Origin: Burkholderiales bacterium
Lineage (GTDB): Bacteria > Pseudomonadota > Gammaproteobacteria > Burkholderiales > Usitatibacteraceae
Reading direction: 5' to 3'
DNA length: 49,393 nucleotides
Assembly (NCBI GenBank): GCA_040379385.1
Contig: JBEILF010000001.1
Span: 1 to 49,393 of the forward strand
The translations under genes and the position numbers were made by a program. Shown here one piece after another: positions 9,015 to 19,748 of this stretch. Below the pieces are notes generated by a model. It searched no databases. It was not told the origin of the DNA and saw only the letters and a program-made list of their open reading frames with translations. Each line of letters begins with the position of its first letter. The first letter of the stretch is position 1.

Positions 9015-9787
9015 ACAAAAAAGGCCTCGGCCGCTTGCTCTACCAACATGCCGATACCGTCAGTGATGGTTGCTCCAGCATTTTCGGCTAACTGGAGAAA
9101 TGGCGTGACACCCCTAGCGTAGGTCATATCATAGGCCAAGCTATTTGGCGCGAAGCATGACGCAGGAATCGCCAGTGGAGACGATAAGCTGGCTGAAGTT
9201 GAGTTGATCACAATGTCGAAGCTGAGGCGGTCAAGTTGGTCAGGCTCGATCGCCAAGATTGAACCCCTCGATACCTCGGCGGTGAATTGCTTTGCTAGGG
9301 TAGCGGCCTTGGCAAACGTCCGATTCGCGATTGCAAGCTGTGCAGGATTTGCATCTGCCAGGGCACCGATCACACCACGCGCAGCACCGCCGCACCCAAC
9401 AAGCAGAATACGCTGTCCACAGAGCTCGCGCCCGAGGTTCTTGCGGAGGTCATTAACCAAGCCGACGCCGTCGGTATTGTCCGCGTAAATCGAAGAACGA
9501 ACAACGCCACCACGGAAACAAAGTGTGTTTGCGGCGCCAGCAACCCTAGCTCGGAGGGAGGATTCGGTAGAATACGCGAAAGCCTCCAGTTTGAACGGAG
9601 CGGTGACGTTCATTCCGCAGCCCCCGCCAAGACGAAACTCTTCAGCGACTTTAGCAAAGTCGCCAATCGGTGCCTCGATGGCGATGTAGTTGAGACGATG
9701 CCCGAGTTGGCGGGCAAATGCAGCATGAATTTCTGGCGACCTGGAGTGGCTGATCGGGTTGCCCACCACGGCGTATTTATCAATCAT
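8954..9787 (-). CDS. aroE: shikimate dehydrogenase
   Basis: YAVVGNPISHSRSPEIH at the N-terminus and the LLVGCGGAARG NADP-binding loop. Confidence 0.9.
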   Translation of the reverse strand: MIDKYAVVGNPISHSRSPEIHAAFARQLGHRLNYIAIEAPIGDFAKVAEEFRLGGGCGMNVTAPFKLEAFAYSTESSLRARVAGAANTLCFRGGVVRSSIYADNTDGVGLVNDLRKNLGRELCGQRILLVGCGGAARGVIGALADANPAQLAIANRTFAKAATLAKQFTAEVSRGSILAIEPDQLDRLSFDIVINSTSASLSSPLAIPASCFAPNSLAYDMTYARGVTPFLQLAENAGATITDGIGMLVEQAAEAFFVWRGAHPDTRPVIASIRAAL

Positions 9788-9830
9788 TCTGCCCCCAAAT
9801 CAGCAATGTCGGAAAAACACAAATACGCAA

Positions 9831-9890
9831 TGCACCAAGTTGATGCTCCATCATGAAGCGCGTTTTGGCACTACGCACCAAAACAGCGCA
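9831..9890 (+). promoter_or_regulatory. putative NtrC enhancer sites upstream of glnA
   Basis: TGCACCAagtTGATGCT (9831-9847) and cGCACCAaaaCAGCGCA (9874-9890) approximate the TGCACCA-N3-TGGTGCA consensus. They lie about 80-120 nt upstream of the sigma54 element. Confidence 0.4.
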
Positions 9891-9951
9891 GAAAAAACAC
9901 AAAATCCATTTCAAATAGCAATTTCGTTAGAGCGCGCGGCAGATCTGCGCG

Positions 9952-9967
9952 TGGCATGTTTTGTGCT
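9952..9967 (+). promoter_or_regulatory. sigma54 (-24/-12) promoter of glnA
   Basis: TGGCATgttttGTGCT has correct GG-N10-GC spacing and lies about 90 nt upstream of the glnA ATG. Confidence 0.55.
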
Positions 9968-10055
9968 GATTAGTCGAAAACGCACGTACTCCGGCTAAAT
10001 CTGGGGCGTAGCGTCTGGTCTCAGGTTTTCCGCATACCTTAAACAGGAGAGTCTC

Positions 10056-11465
10056 ATGGTTGTCGCAGATGTAATGAAGTTGGTAGAGCAAAACGAAGTC
10101 AAGTTTGTCGATTTCCGTTTTACCGATACAAAGGGAAAAGAACAACACGTTTCAGTGCCGGTAAAGTCATTCAACGAGGCTAAGTTTACAGAGGGTCATG
10201 CGTTCGATGGATCCTCAATTGCAGGTTGGAAGGGTATTGAAGCGTCTGACATGCTGCTAATGCCCGACCCGCGCACCGCAGTTCTTGATCCTTTTTTTGA
10301 CGAGCCTACCCTGATTTTGACTTGCGATGTAATTGAACCCTCCACCGGCAAAGGATACGACCGCGATCCGCGCTCCCTTGCCCGCCGGGGAGAAGCCTAT
10401 CTGAAGGCGAGCGGTATCGGCGATGTGGCGTATTTCGGTCCGGAACCAGAGTTCTTCATTTTTGACTCAGTCGAGTGGAATGTGGATATGTCGGGAAGTT
10501 CATGTAAGGTGTTTTCCGAAGAAGCCGCATGGTCTACCGGTGAGAAATTTGAAGGCGGCAACCTTGGGCACCGGCCTCTAGTCAAAGGTGGCTACTTTCC
10601 CGTCCCTCCAGTGGATCAACTACAGGATATTCGTTCGGCCATGTGTATCGCGCTCGAAAACATGGGCGTCGAAGTTGAAGTGCACCATCATGAAGTTGCA
10701 ACTGCGGGTCAGTGCGAGATCGGAACCAAATTTGCCCCACTCGTACAGCGCGCCGACTGGACCCAATTACTTAAGTATGTCGTTCTCAATGTGGCACACA
10801 GCTATGGCAAAACAGCAACCTTCATGCCAAAACCGATCGTCGGTGACAACGGATCCGGGATGCATGTACACCAATCAGTTTGGAAAGATGGGAAAAATCT
10901 GTTCGCTGGGAATGGCTATGCTGGCCTGTCAGAGTTCGCCCTTTACTACATCGGCGGCATCATCAAACACGCACGAGCGCTAAACGCCATCACCAACCCG
11001 GGCACTAATTCCTACAAACGGCTTGTACCCGGTTTTGAAGCCCCAGTTAAACTGGCCTACTCGGCGCGCAACCGCTCGGCGTCGATTCGTGTGCCATATG
11101 TGCAATCTGATAAGGCTCGTCGCATTGAAGTTCGCTTCCCCGACCCAACGGCCAACCCATATCTTGCCTTCACTGCAATGATGATGGCTGGACTCGATGG
11201 TGTGCAAAATAAAATTCACCCAGGCGACCCATCAGACAAGAACCTCTACGATTTGCCGCCGGAAGAGGACGCAAAAATCCCGACCGTGTGTTCGTCGCTC
11301 GACCAAGCCCTCGAGCATCTTGATAAGGATCGCGAGTTCTTGACCCGTGGCGGCGTGTTCTCCAATGAGATGATCGACGCCTACATTGAATTGAAAATGG
11401 CGGATGTCACGCGCTTCCGCATGACAACGCATCCAGTCGAGTACGATATGTATTACTCATCCTAG
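10056..11465 (+). CDS. glnA: glutamine synthetase type I
   Basis: 469 aa with GS-I motifs ([15 protein letters not shown]) and the adenylylation loop NLYDLPPEE. Confidence 0.95.
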   Translation: MVVADVMKLVEQNEVKFVDFRFTDTKGKEQHVSVPVKSFNEAKFTEGHAFDGSSIAGWKGIEASDMLLMPDPRTAVLDPFFDEPTLILTCDVIEPSTGKGYDRDPRSLARRGEAYLKASGIGDVAYFGPEPEFFIFDSVEWNVDMSGSSCKVFSEEAAWSTGEKFEGGNLGHRPLVKGGYFPVPPVDQLQDIRSAMCIALENMGVEVEVHHHEVATAGQCEIGTKFAPLVQRADWTQLLKYVVLNVAHSYGKTATFMPKPIVGDNGSGMHVHQSVWKDGKNLFAGNGYAGLSEFALYYIGGIIKHARALNAITNPGTNSYKRLVPGFEAPVKLAYSARNRSASIRVPYVQSDKARRIEVRFPDPTANPYLAFTAMMMAGLDGVQNKIHPGDPSDKNLYDLPPEEDAKIPTVCSSLDQALEHLDKDREFLTRGGVFSNEMIDAYIELKMADVTRFRMTTHPVEYDMYYSS

Positions 11466-11500
11466 TCAAAAATACCTGTGTTGAATAAAGCAAGAACTAA

Positions 11501-11529
11501 AGGGCGGCTTTACAGCCGCTCTTTTTTTG
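11501..11529 (+). terminator. rho-independent terminator after glnA
   Basis: The stem AGGGCGGCT / AGCCGCTCT is followed by T7. Confidence 0.7.
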
Positions 11530-11671
11530 CCCGAGAAATCGTACGGCAACGCTATAGGTAGTGACCACCCCAGTGAATTTCGCTATCCATTGGATTGAAA
11601 TCCTCGGGCTTCAGTCGCAAACTATCTTCCCTCGTATGACTTCTCAGCCGTGGTAGAAGGCTGCTATCTGT

Positions 11672-12541
11672 ATGAATCTCCTGCGCCTTTTCTTGCTGCT
11701 CTCGTTGGCCCCCGGAATATTCGGCGCATCAAACGTGTTAGCGCAGGGTCTTGGTGTGTACAAACATGTCGATCCAACGGGCAGGACGACCTACTCCAAC
11801 CTGCCCATCAAAGGGGCTAAGGTTGTCGAGCTGAGCCCCCTGACCGTATTGCCAAAGTCACAGACAGTCACGATTGCCGCCGCCCCCCAGGTGCCACCAG
11901 TGGACGCGCGGCCAAACCCATCCACTCTTAACGAAGCGCGGGCGCGCCAACCTAGCGCATTGTCCCAGACGTCTTTTGAGACCCCAGCCGCTCAAGTCGA
12001 AACATTGCAGCAAATCGCACCCAACCCATCGCTAACCAGTCCGTCTCCGGCGACGGCCTCTGCGCCACAGAAGGCCACGCCAAGCGATTCTCGGCGTACT
12101 CCTAGCGCCGCAACCCATGGCGGCGCGAACACGGTTATTGCAACACAACGGCGACGTGAAGAAGTTCGCCGCCGCATCATTGAGGCGGAGATTGATGCTG
12201 AAGCGCAACTGCTTGGTGAGGCACAAGCTTCTCTCCAGCGAGAGCAATCGAAGAGCGTAGCCATGCGCTCTTTGCGTGCTGCGATCACCCTTGAAGAGCG
12301 TGCGGTCACTGGAAAGCAGATACCCGGCGACGATATCGCTGCCACAAAGATGGTCGTGGAACGACATTTTGAGCGGGTCCGAGAACTACAGGATCGGGTG
12401 CTAACCCATGAGGAGAACCTTGCCGAGCTTACAGCGCAATTGCGGGCACCTACCCGATCTACCGCGCTGAAGACGGTTGGCACAGCGCGCTCAAACGCAA
12501 TTGTGTCGACGGCGCAACTTGGTGGCCCCGGAGGCCACTAG
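11672..12541 (+). CDS. DUF4124-domain secreted protein
   Basis: A signal peptide is followed by VYKHVDPTGRTTYSNLP (DUF4124-like), a Pro/Ser/Ala-rich linker and a coiled-coil tail. Its position between glnA and ntrB is conserved. Confidence 0.7.
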   Translation: MNLLRLFLLLSLAPGIFGASNVLAQGLGVYKHVDPTGRTTYSNLPIKGAKVVELSPLTVLPKSQTVTIAAAPQVPPVDARPNPSTLNEARARQPSALSQTSFETPAAQVETLQQIAPNPSLTSPSPATASAPQKATPSDSRRTPSAATHGGANTVIATQRRREEVRRRIIEAEIDAEAQLLGEAQASLQREQSKSVAMRSLRAAITLEERAVTGKQIPGDDIAATKMVVERHFERVRELQDRVLTHEENLAELTAQLRAPTRSTALKTVGTARSNAIVSTAQLGGPGGH

Positions 12542-12584
12542 CAAAATCAGACTCCTTTCGATTGGTTTGTCCGATCGAAGTTGA

Positions 12585-12622
12585 ACGCCGAAGACCGAAC
12601 GATCTTCGGCGTTTTTTTTTTG
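12585..12622 (+). terminator. rho-independent terminator
   Basis: The 10-bp stem ACGCCGAAGA / TCTTCGGCGT is followed by T10. Confidence 0.8.
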
Positions 12623-12699
12623 GCGATTGGCATACTGTCTTCATTTGCATCCTGGCCGACCGCTGGCAAGGAACTTGCTATGGATGGAGAGGGTAAAAC

Positions 12700-13815
12700 T
12701 TGAAACAACAAAATCGACAACAACTACGCGATGCCTCGCCATTGAATAACTATCAAGGTCTCGATCTCATTGCCACAGCAGTGATGATAGTGGATGGAAA
12801 ACTCCGATTGGTGCATGCGAACACTTCAGCAGAATACTTGTTTGCATTTAGCCGCAGGAACGCCATTGGCTCGCCGTTGGGCAGGGTGGTTCAGGACAAT
12901 AGACAAGATGGCGGAGTCTTTACGCTGCTAGGCCAAGTACTGATGTCTGAATCTGGCTTTAGCGAATCCAGCCTTTCTATCGTAACTGGAGCTGGCCAAA
13001 CCCTCCATTGCTCGTGTGTTGCAACACCAATTGACACCGGTGAAATCGTGCTTGAATTTAAGCCGCTCGACCAACACCTAAAGATTGCGCGAGAAGAAAA
13101 ACTGTTGGAGCAGCAAAAACTACATCGGGAGCTAATCCGCAATCTTGCACATGAAATCAAGAATCCGCTTGGAGGCATTCGAGGAGCAGCGCAGCTACTG
13201 GAGCGCGAGCTGCCAGATGATACTTTTTCGGAATACACACAAGTCATCGTCAAAGAAGCCGACCGCTTACAGTCCCTCGTGGACCGATTACTAACACCCC
13301 ACCGGCTTCCCAAAATAGAGCCGGTGAACATTCACGAGGTTCTCGAGTACGTGCGTTCACTCCTGATTGCCGAGTTTCCAGAAACATTATTTATTGACCG
13401 TGACTACGATACCAGCATGCCGGAGCTGCTTGCAGACCGAGAGCAGTTAATTCAGGCGATGCTAAACATTGCGCGTAATGCCGCGCAGGCGACTGGCGGC
13501 ATAGGAAGGATTCGATTTCAAACCCGTATCGCGCGCCAAGTCACAATCGTTCGCGAACGGTTTCGTTTAGCCATTGAAATTCGGATTTGTGATTCGGGTC
13601 CTGGGATACCGGAGAAGCTGAAAGACACCGTCTTCTACCCACTCGTTACGGGACGCGAAGGCGGTACGGGCGTCGGCCTATCGCTGGCTCAAAGTTTTGT
13701 GAATCAGCATGCTGGCGTCATCGAGTTTGATAGCGCTCCGGGCAATACGCAGTTTGTCGTGACAATTCCAGTGAGAAGCAAAGAGCAATTGAAAGAAGTA
13801 CGACCTACGCCGTGA
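12700..13815 (+). CDS. glnL: nitrogen regulation sensor histidine kinase NtrB
   Basis: TTG start, a PAS-like N-terminus, the H-box LAHEIKNPLGGIRG and an HATPase domain with GTGVGLS. Confidence 0.9.
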   Translation: MKQQNRQQLRDASPLNNYQGLDLIATAVMIVDGKLRLVHANTSAEYLFAFSRRNAIGSPLGRVVQDNRQDGGVFTLLGQVLMSESGFSESSLSIVTGAGQTLHCSCVATPIDTGEIVLEFKPLDQHLKIAREEKLLEQQKLHRELIRNLAHEIKNPLGGIRGAAQLLERELPDDTFSEYTQVIVKEADRLQSLVDRLLTPHRLPKIEPVNIHEVLEYVRSLLIAEFPETLFIDRDYDTSMPELLADREQLIQAMLNIARNAAQATGGIGRIRFQTRIARQVTIVRERFRLAIEIRICDSGPGIPEKLKDTVFYPLVTGREGGTGVGLSLAQSFVNQHAGVIEFDSAPGNTQFVVTIPVRSKEQLKEVRPTP

Positions 13816-13869
13816 ACCGAGCTTGGTAGCCTGTTCGCACACGGCACGGCAACAAACAAAGGATTCGTA

Positions 13870-15279
13870 ATGAAACCGGTGTGGATTATTGATGACGATA
13901 AGTCGATTCGATGGGTGATTGAAAAGGCGCTCACGCGCGAAGGCATCGAGTACAAGTCATTCGCAGCAGCACATGAAGGGCTGGAGGCCCTCGACGACCA
14001 ACCGCCGCAAGTTGTAATTAGTGACATCAGGATGCCCGGAACATCGGGGCTTGACTTCATGCAAAAGCTAAAACAGAAGTTGCCGACGACGCCCGTCATC
14101 ATCATGACGGCTTACTCGGATTTGGAAAGTGCCGTCGCCGCATTCCAAGGGGGCGCGTTTGAGTACCTGCCGAAGCCTTTTGACATCGACCACGCAGTCG
14201 AATTGATCCGACGAGCGATAGATGAGTCTTGCCATGTTAGTCCGCAATCAGATCCAGACAAAGCGGAGACTGCGCCCGAAATACTGGGTTCTGCCCCGTC
14301 TATGCAAGAGGTGTTTCGGGCGGTTGGGCGGCTTTCGCAATCGCACGCGACGATACTCATCACCGGTGAGTCGGGGAGCGGCAAAGAGCTGGTTGCGCAC
14401 GCGCTGCATCGTCACAGTCTGCGCGCGGCCAAGCCGTTTATTGCAATCAACACCGCAGCAATCCCAAAGGATCTATTGGAGAGCGAGCTGTTCGGGCATG
14501 AGCGAGGTGCCTTTACCGGCGCAGCCACGACAAGGCGCGGTCGATTTGAGCAAGCGGAGGGGGGCACGCTGTTCTTGGACGAAATTGGCGACATGCCAGC
14601 GGAGTTGCAAACGCGCCTGCTAAGGGTGCTGTCTGACGGACAGTTTTACCGCGTTGGCGGACACCTGCCCTTGACCGCCAACGTGCGTGTTATTGCCGCC
14701 ACGCACCAAGACCTAGAGCAACGCGTAAAACTTGGTTTGTTTCGCGAGGACTTGTACCACCGGCTCAATGTCATTCGACTGCGGCTGCCTGCCCTGCGCG
14801 AGAGGCGCGAAGATGTCCCCTTACTAGCAAAACATTTTTTGACAAAAAGTGCACACGAGCTTGGCGTGGATGTGAAGCGGCTGTCGGACGCTGCGACAGC
14901 ATATTTGACCGGGCTGGAATTTCCGGGCAACGTCCGTCAACTGGAAAACATTTGTCACTGGATCACAGTCATGGCACCAGGTCAGCAAGTCGAGATAGCA
15001 GACTTGCCTCCTGATGTACGGGTCAACGACAAGACCGCTGTGACAGATTCAAACTGGCAGCGGGCACTGGAACGTGAAGTTACAGCGTCGCTGGCTCGCG
15101 GGGATCGCAACATTTTTGATGGCTTGAATCGGGCGTTTGAGACCGCGCTAATATTGAGGGCGCTGGAACATACCGCAGGCAAACGAATTGAAGCGGCAAC
15201 CCTGCTCGGCATTGGCCGAAACACGCTTACCCGAAAAATCGCAGAGCTGAATCTTTCGGCGGAAAGCAAGGGGGAGTAA
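13870..15279 (+). CDS. glnG: nitrogen regulation response regulator NtrC (sigma54 activator)
   Basis: Receiver domain (VISDIRMPG), AAA+ Walker A GESGSGKE, the GAFTGA loop and a C-terminal HTH. Confidence 0.9.
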   Translation: MKPVWIIDDDKSIRWVIEKALTREGIEYKSFAAAHEGLEALDDQPPQVVISDIRMPGTSGLDFMQKLKQKLPTTPVIIMTAYSDLESAVAAFQGGAFEYLPKPFDIDHAVELIRRAIDESCHVSPQSDPDKAETAPEILGSAPSMQEVFRAVGRLSQSHATILITGESGSGKELVAHALHRHSLRAAKPFIAINTAAIPKDLLESELFGHERGAFTGAATTRRGRFEQAEGGTLFLDEIGDMPAELQTRLLRVLSDGQFYRVGGHLPLTANVRVIAATHQDLEQRVKLGLFREDLYHRLNVIRLRLPALRERREDVPLLAKHFLTKSAHELGVDVKRLSDAATAYLTGLEFPGNVRQLENICHWITVMAPGQQVEIADLPPDVRVNDKTAVTDSNWQRALEREVTASLARGDRNIFDGLNRAFETALILRALEHTAGKRIEAATLLGIGRNTLTRKIAELNLSAESKGE

Positions 15280-15391
15280 CGCCTTTCAGGCAAAAACCCG
15301 TGAAAACATCCGTCAATGCTAGGGTTTGGTCTTTGGGCTGACGGCTAGACGAGTATCCAACTTTCTCCCGCTGGCGAAACCGTTGGAAATG

Positions 15392-15644
15392 CTCGTCTGA
15401 ACATTTCATACGGGCGCGTTGGAAAGCGGGCGAGTAGGTGAACAGGCGAGCGGTTTTTGCCTGACCGACCACAGCATAGCGGGCTATGCTTCGACAGCAA
15501 GGCGCAACATTGCCGTCGAATCGCCCGCGAGCGACCCTGCCGCCCGCATCCACAGCAAAACAGAAGCCAGCCAAATTGGTTTGCTAATCGCCCACAGCCA
15601 ACCTCCTTCTACGCAAGCGGCGACCCATGAGATATTCAGGCTAG
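15392..15644 (+). mobile_element. ~250-bp inverted-repeat (MITE-like) element, copy A
   Basis: The core 15396-15640 is about 87% identical to 32443-32688 by hand alignment, with about 33 differences. The termini are TCTGAACATTTCAT... and ...CATGAGATATTCAGG, flanked by CTCG and CTAG. Confidence 0.65.
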
Positions 15645-15816
15645 CTTGGTGCCAAACCCGACAAAGGTTTGAGTGTGGCCCGCTGTTACGCCTGCGAGGC
15701 TCGTTCCGGGAGCGCGTGCAGTCGAGCCAATTGTGCCAACGTCAAGACAGAGTGTCATGATCGCTCCCCGGCCGCCGCGATATTCGGGCAATGGTCTAAT
15801 TTGTGGGCAGTGTTCG

Positions 15817-16779
15817 TCAGGCCGTATACAGTTGCGCAGGTATCTGATGCAGGTGCATGGTTTTGCCAGCCTTCATCACCTGCCCGGGAACTTCGTGGCC
15901 GACGATGGATGGAATTTTTACGGCCACCGCCAGTAACCGGTCAATATCGACACCGCTCTCAATCCCCATGTCGTCGAGCATATTGACCAAATCTTCCGTG
16001 CATATATTGCCAGTTGCTCCCGGCGCGAACGGGCAGCCGCCCAAACCGGCAATTGAACTGTCAAAACTGGTGATCCCCTCTGAAATACCAGCAAGGACGT
16101 TCGCCAGTCCCATGCCTCTGGTATTGTGGAAATGCAAAGTGATCTCGACATCTGGGAAACGGTGTTTGGCGTCGCGCATCATCCGGCCCACTTGTGTGGG
16201 GTTCGCCATGCCGGTTGTATCGGCAAAGGTGAGGCTATCGAATCCGATCTGCAGATATTGCTCTGCAAAACCCATGACTCGGGCTTCGTCGACTCGACCC
16301 TCAAAGGGGCAGCCAAAAGATGTTGAGACACAGCCGTTGAGCTTGATTCCCGCCGCTTTTGCCATTGGTACCATAAGCGTAAAATCAGCGAGCGACTCGG
16401 ATGTGGAGCGCTTCACGTTAGCCATGTTGTGCGTTTCCGAGGCCGACATAAACAGGTTCATTTCGTCGATTCTGCCGCCTGAGGTGTGGACAGCAATAGC
16501 GCGCTCCATTCCTTTGATGTTGGGAGTAATTGCGGTGATCAACACCCCCTCGCGGCGCACGATCTCGCGGAGTACCACTTCTGCGTCGGTCATGTTTGGT
16601 ACAAGTTTTGGGTGAACGAACGAGGTAACCTCAACTTTTGCGAGGCCGGTTGCAGTCAACTGGTCGATCACCGAAATCTTCGTTTCGGTCGGGATAATCG
16701 TCTTTTCGATCTGGAATCCATCCCTTACGCCGACATCGTTGATGTAAATCCGGTGGCTATTTTTTTGCATGGAAGGCAT
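15817..16779 (-). CDS. hydroxymethylglutaryl-CoA lyase
   Basis: INDVGVRDGFQ and VEVTSFVHPKLVP motifs, and the C-terminal GLGGCPFAPGATGN. Confidence 0.85.
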   Translation of the reverse strand: MPSMQKNSHRIYINDVGVRDGFQIEKTIIPTETKISVIDQLTATGLAKVEVTSFVHPKLVPNMTDAEVVLREIVRREGVLITAITPNIKGMERAIAVHTSGGRIDEMNLFMSASETHNMANVKRSTSESLADFTLMVPMAKAAGIKLNGCVSTSFGCPFEGRVDEARVMGFAEQYLQIGFDSLTFADTTGMANPTQVGRMMRDAKHRFPDVEITLHFHNTRGMGLANVLAGISEGITSFDSSIAGLGGCPFAPGATGNICTEDLVNMLDDMGIESGVDIDRLLAVAVKIPSIVGHEVPGQVMKAGKTMHLHQIPAQLYTA

Positions 16780-17018
16780 TGTTAACTCTTGAAGGGGTTT
16801 TTAGGCTGGTCGGAGCGGCTGAGGCAATTCGACAGGGGCGGATAGGCAAATTTTTTCGATTCTGCAAAAGCTCTTCGGTTGGCAGGGGCCTGAGTTGAAC
16901 GCTTTCATTAACACAATGTGCGCCATAGAGAAATTTGTGCTGACAAAAGAACCTTACATTTCATGCGGTTACACAAAGAATATGTTTGCTCAACCATGAT
17001 GCGCCGCCGCATTTTGGT

Positions 17019-17048
17019 TTGACTTGAAATTCTACTCGCGCTTATAAT
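17019..17048 (+). promoter_or_regulatory. putative sigma70 promoter of the atp operon
   Basis: TTGACT, an 18-nt spacer and TATAAT, about 75 nt upstream of atpI. Confidence 0.45.
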
Positions 17049-17121
17049 CGTTTGGCTTTGCGTTTGAATCTATCAGTGTTTTTGCTCGGGATCGGCCATT
17101 GGCGGCCTAGAAACATGCAAC

Positions 17122-17493
17122 ATGCGTACATCGTTTTTGCAGCCGGGTGTTCGGCGGGTGCTGATGTTTCAAGTCGCGTCTGTAGCACTCGTATCGTCTG
17201 TGGCATTGGCCAGTAGCGGTCAGGCTGCTGCAATCTCCGCCTTAGTCGGCGGGGGAGCAGTTATTGCTGGCAACTTGGCATATGCAATGATCGCTAGGCC
17301 ATCGCGGGTGAAAGCTAAGTCCGGTGCCGCCGTGCTAATGGTTCACGTAGCCGCGCAGGCGGCGAAGACGGTCTTGGTTTTGCTTTCGCTGCTGGCTGCG
17401 TTTGCATCGGGGAAGTTCGCGGCCGGGTCACTAATCATCGGTACCGGAGTCGCGCTTCTCGCGCATTGGTTGTCGTTTTTGTTTCATCGTTGA
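17122..17493 (+). CDS. atpI: ATP synthase protein I
   Basis: Small hydrophobic protein encoded first in the atp operon. Confidence 0.7.
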   Translation: MRTSFLQPGVRRVLMFQVASVALVSSVALASSGQAAAISALVGGGAVIAGNLAYAMIARPSRVKAKSGAAVLMVHVAAQAAKTVLVLLSLLAAFASGKFAAGSLIIGTGVALLAHWLSFLFHR

Positions 17494-17508
17494 ATTCGCT
17501 ACCGATAG

Positions 17509-18309
<801 letters not shown>

Positions 18310-18385
18310 TCTGGTTTTGTCCTTGAATTTGGCTAGGTAATTTTTATATTAACTACTTGTTGCGTGTACTCGAAAGGAAACATAA

Positions 18386-18649
<264 letters not shown>

Positions 18650-18696
18650 CTCTCTTTGATTCGGAATAGTCAACTCGGAACAGGAAAGGTGCCGTC

Positions 18697-19167
18697 ATGA
18701 ATATCGGCGGAACATTAGTTGCTCAAGCGATAGGGTTTGCAATCTTTATTTGGTTTACGTGGAAGTTCGTCTGGCCACCTATCGATCTGGCTATCGAGAC
18801 GCGCCGGAAAAAGATTGCAGAAGGTTTGGCCGAAGCCGAAAAGGGTAAAGCCGCACTCGCCGATGGTGAGAGGCAGAAGTCGTTGATCCTGAAAGAGGCT
18901 CGCGATCAGGCAGGTGAATTCAAGGCGCTCAATGAAAAGCAAGCGCAGTCGCTGATCGATGAAGCGAAGGCGCAAGCCAAGCTGGAAGCGGATCGCATCA
19001 TTGCCGCTGCGCACGCGAGTGCGGCCACCGAATTGCAGAAAGCCCGCGAGCAGCTCCGCGAGCAAGTCGCAGTACTGGCCGTTGCGGGTGCAGAGAAGAT
19101 TCTGAAGCGCGAAGTCGACGCGAAGTCCCATGCGGACATGCTGAATCAATTGAAGGCGCAGCTGTAA
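18697..19167 (+). CDS. atpF: F0 ATP synthase subunit b
   Basis: One N-terminal TM segment followed by a long charged coiled coil. Operon position supports the call. Confidence 0.9.
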   Translation: MNIGGTLVAQAIGFAIFIWFTWKFVWPPIDLAIETRRKKIAEGLAEAEKGKAALADGERQKSLILKEARDQAGEFKALNEKQAQSLIDEAKAQAKLEADRIIAAAHASAATELQKAREQLREQVAVLAVAGAEKILKREVDAKSHADMLNQLKAQL

Positions 19168-19700
19168 TGGCGGAGCTGACAACAGTCGCCCGACCGTATG
19201 GCGAGGCGGCGTTCCGTGCAGCCGTTGAGGCGGGCAGCATCGCTGCTTTCGGTGATGCGTTGGCCGTGCTAGGTGCTGCGGCGTCAAATCCGCAAGCTCT
19301 CGCGATCCTCGGCAACCCGACGGTTAGCGTTGCCGAAAAGGCGGCGGTGCTTTCTGCGCCGGCAGGCAATCTGGCACCGGAAATTTCGAACTTGCTGACG
19401 ATGTTGATCGAGAGTGGCAAGGCATCGCTGTTGCCGTTTATTGCAGAGCATTTCGCAAAGCTGCAACGCCAGCATGAGGGTGTCATCAAGGCGACCATTA
19501 CCAGTGCGATGCAGTTGTCTGACGCAGAAAAATCCGGCTTGATCGACGCGCTGTCTCGCAAGTATGGCAAGCGGGTCGAAGCGGTTGTTGTGGTCGACGC
19601 AGAGTTGATTGGCGGTGCGCGAATTCAAGTCGGCGATGATGTCATCCATGCGTCGGTTCGCGACACGCTGGACCAAATGAAGCAAGCGCTGACGGCATAG
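19167..19700 (+). CDS. atpH: F1 ATP synthase subunit delta
   Basis: An OSCP-like sequence (ARPYGEAAF...) at the expected operon position. Confidence 0.9.
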   Translation: MAELTTVARPYGEAAFRAAVEAGSIAAFGDALAVLGAAASNPQALAILGNPTVSVAEKAAVLSAPAGNLAPEISNLLTMLIESGKASLLPFIAEHFAKLQRQHEGVIKATITSAMQLSDAEKSGLIDALSRKYGKRVEAVVVVDAELIGGARIQVGDDVIHASVRDTLDQMKQALTA

Positions 19701-19748
19701 CCAGCGCCAACGAACTTTTTTATTTACTAGATTAACTAGGGTACGAAG

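Noticed and set aside
12559-12577. CGATTGGTTTGTCCGATCG resembles the conserved AATTGGTTTGCCAATCG block of the repeat element
   Set aside because: It is only a short partial match with no flanking similarity to the element, so it is probably chance.
12623-12660. TGGCAT...TTTGCAT upstream of ntrB as a possible sigma54 promoter
   Set aside because: The GG to GC spacing is 16 nt instead of 10, so it does not fit the -24/-12 geometry.
15227-15760. ORFs of 113-115 aa on both strands across MITE copy A, with similar ORFs at 32383-32601 and 32563-32937 across copy B
   Set aside because: The similarity between the two loci is at nucleotide level. Differences between copies fall about equally on codon positions 1, 2 and 3 (about 4, 5 and 7 in the best frame), and both strands are open. 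This is a stop-poor, GC-rich repeat rather than coding sequence.
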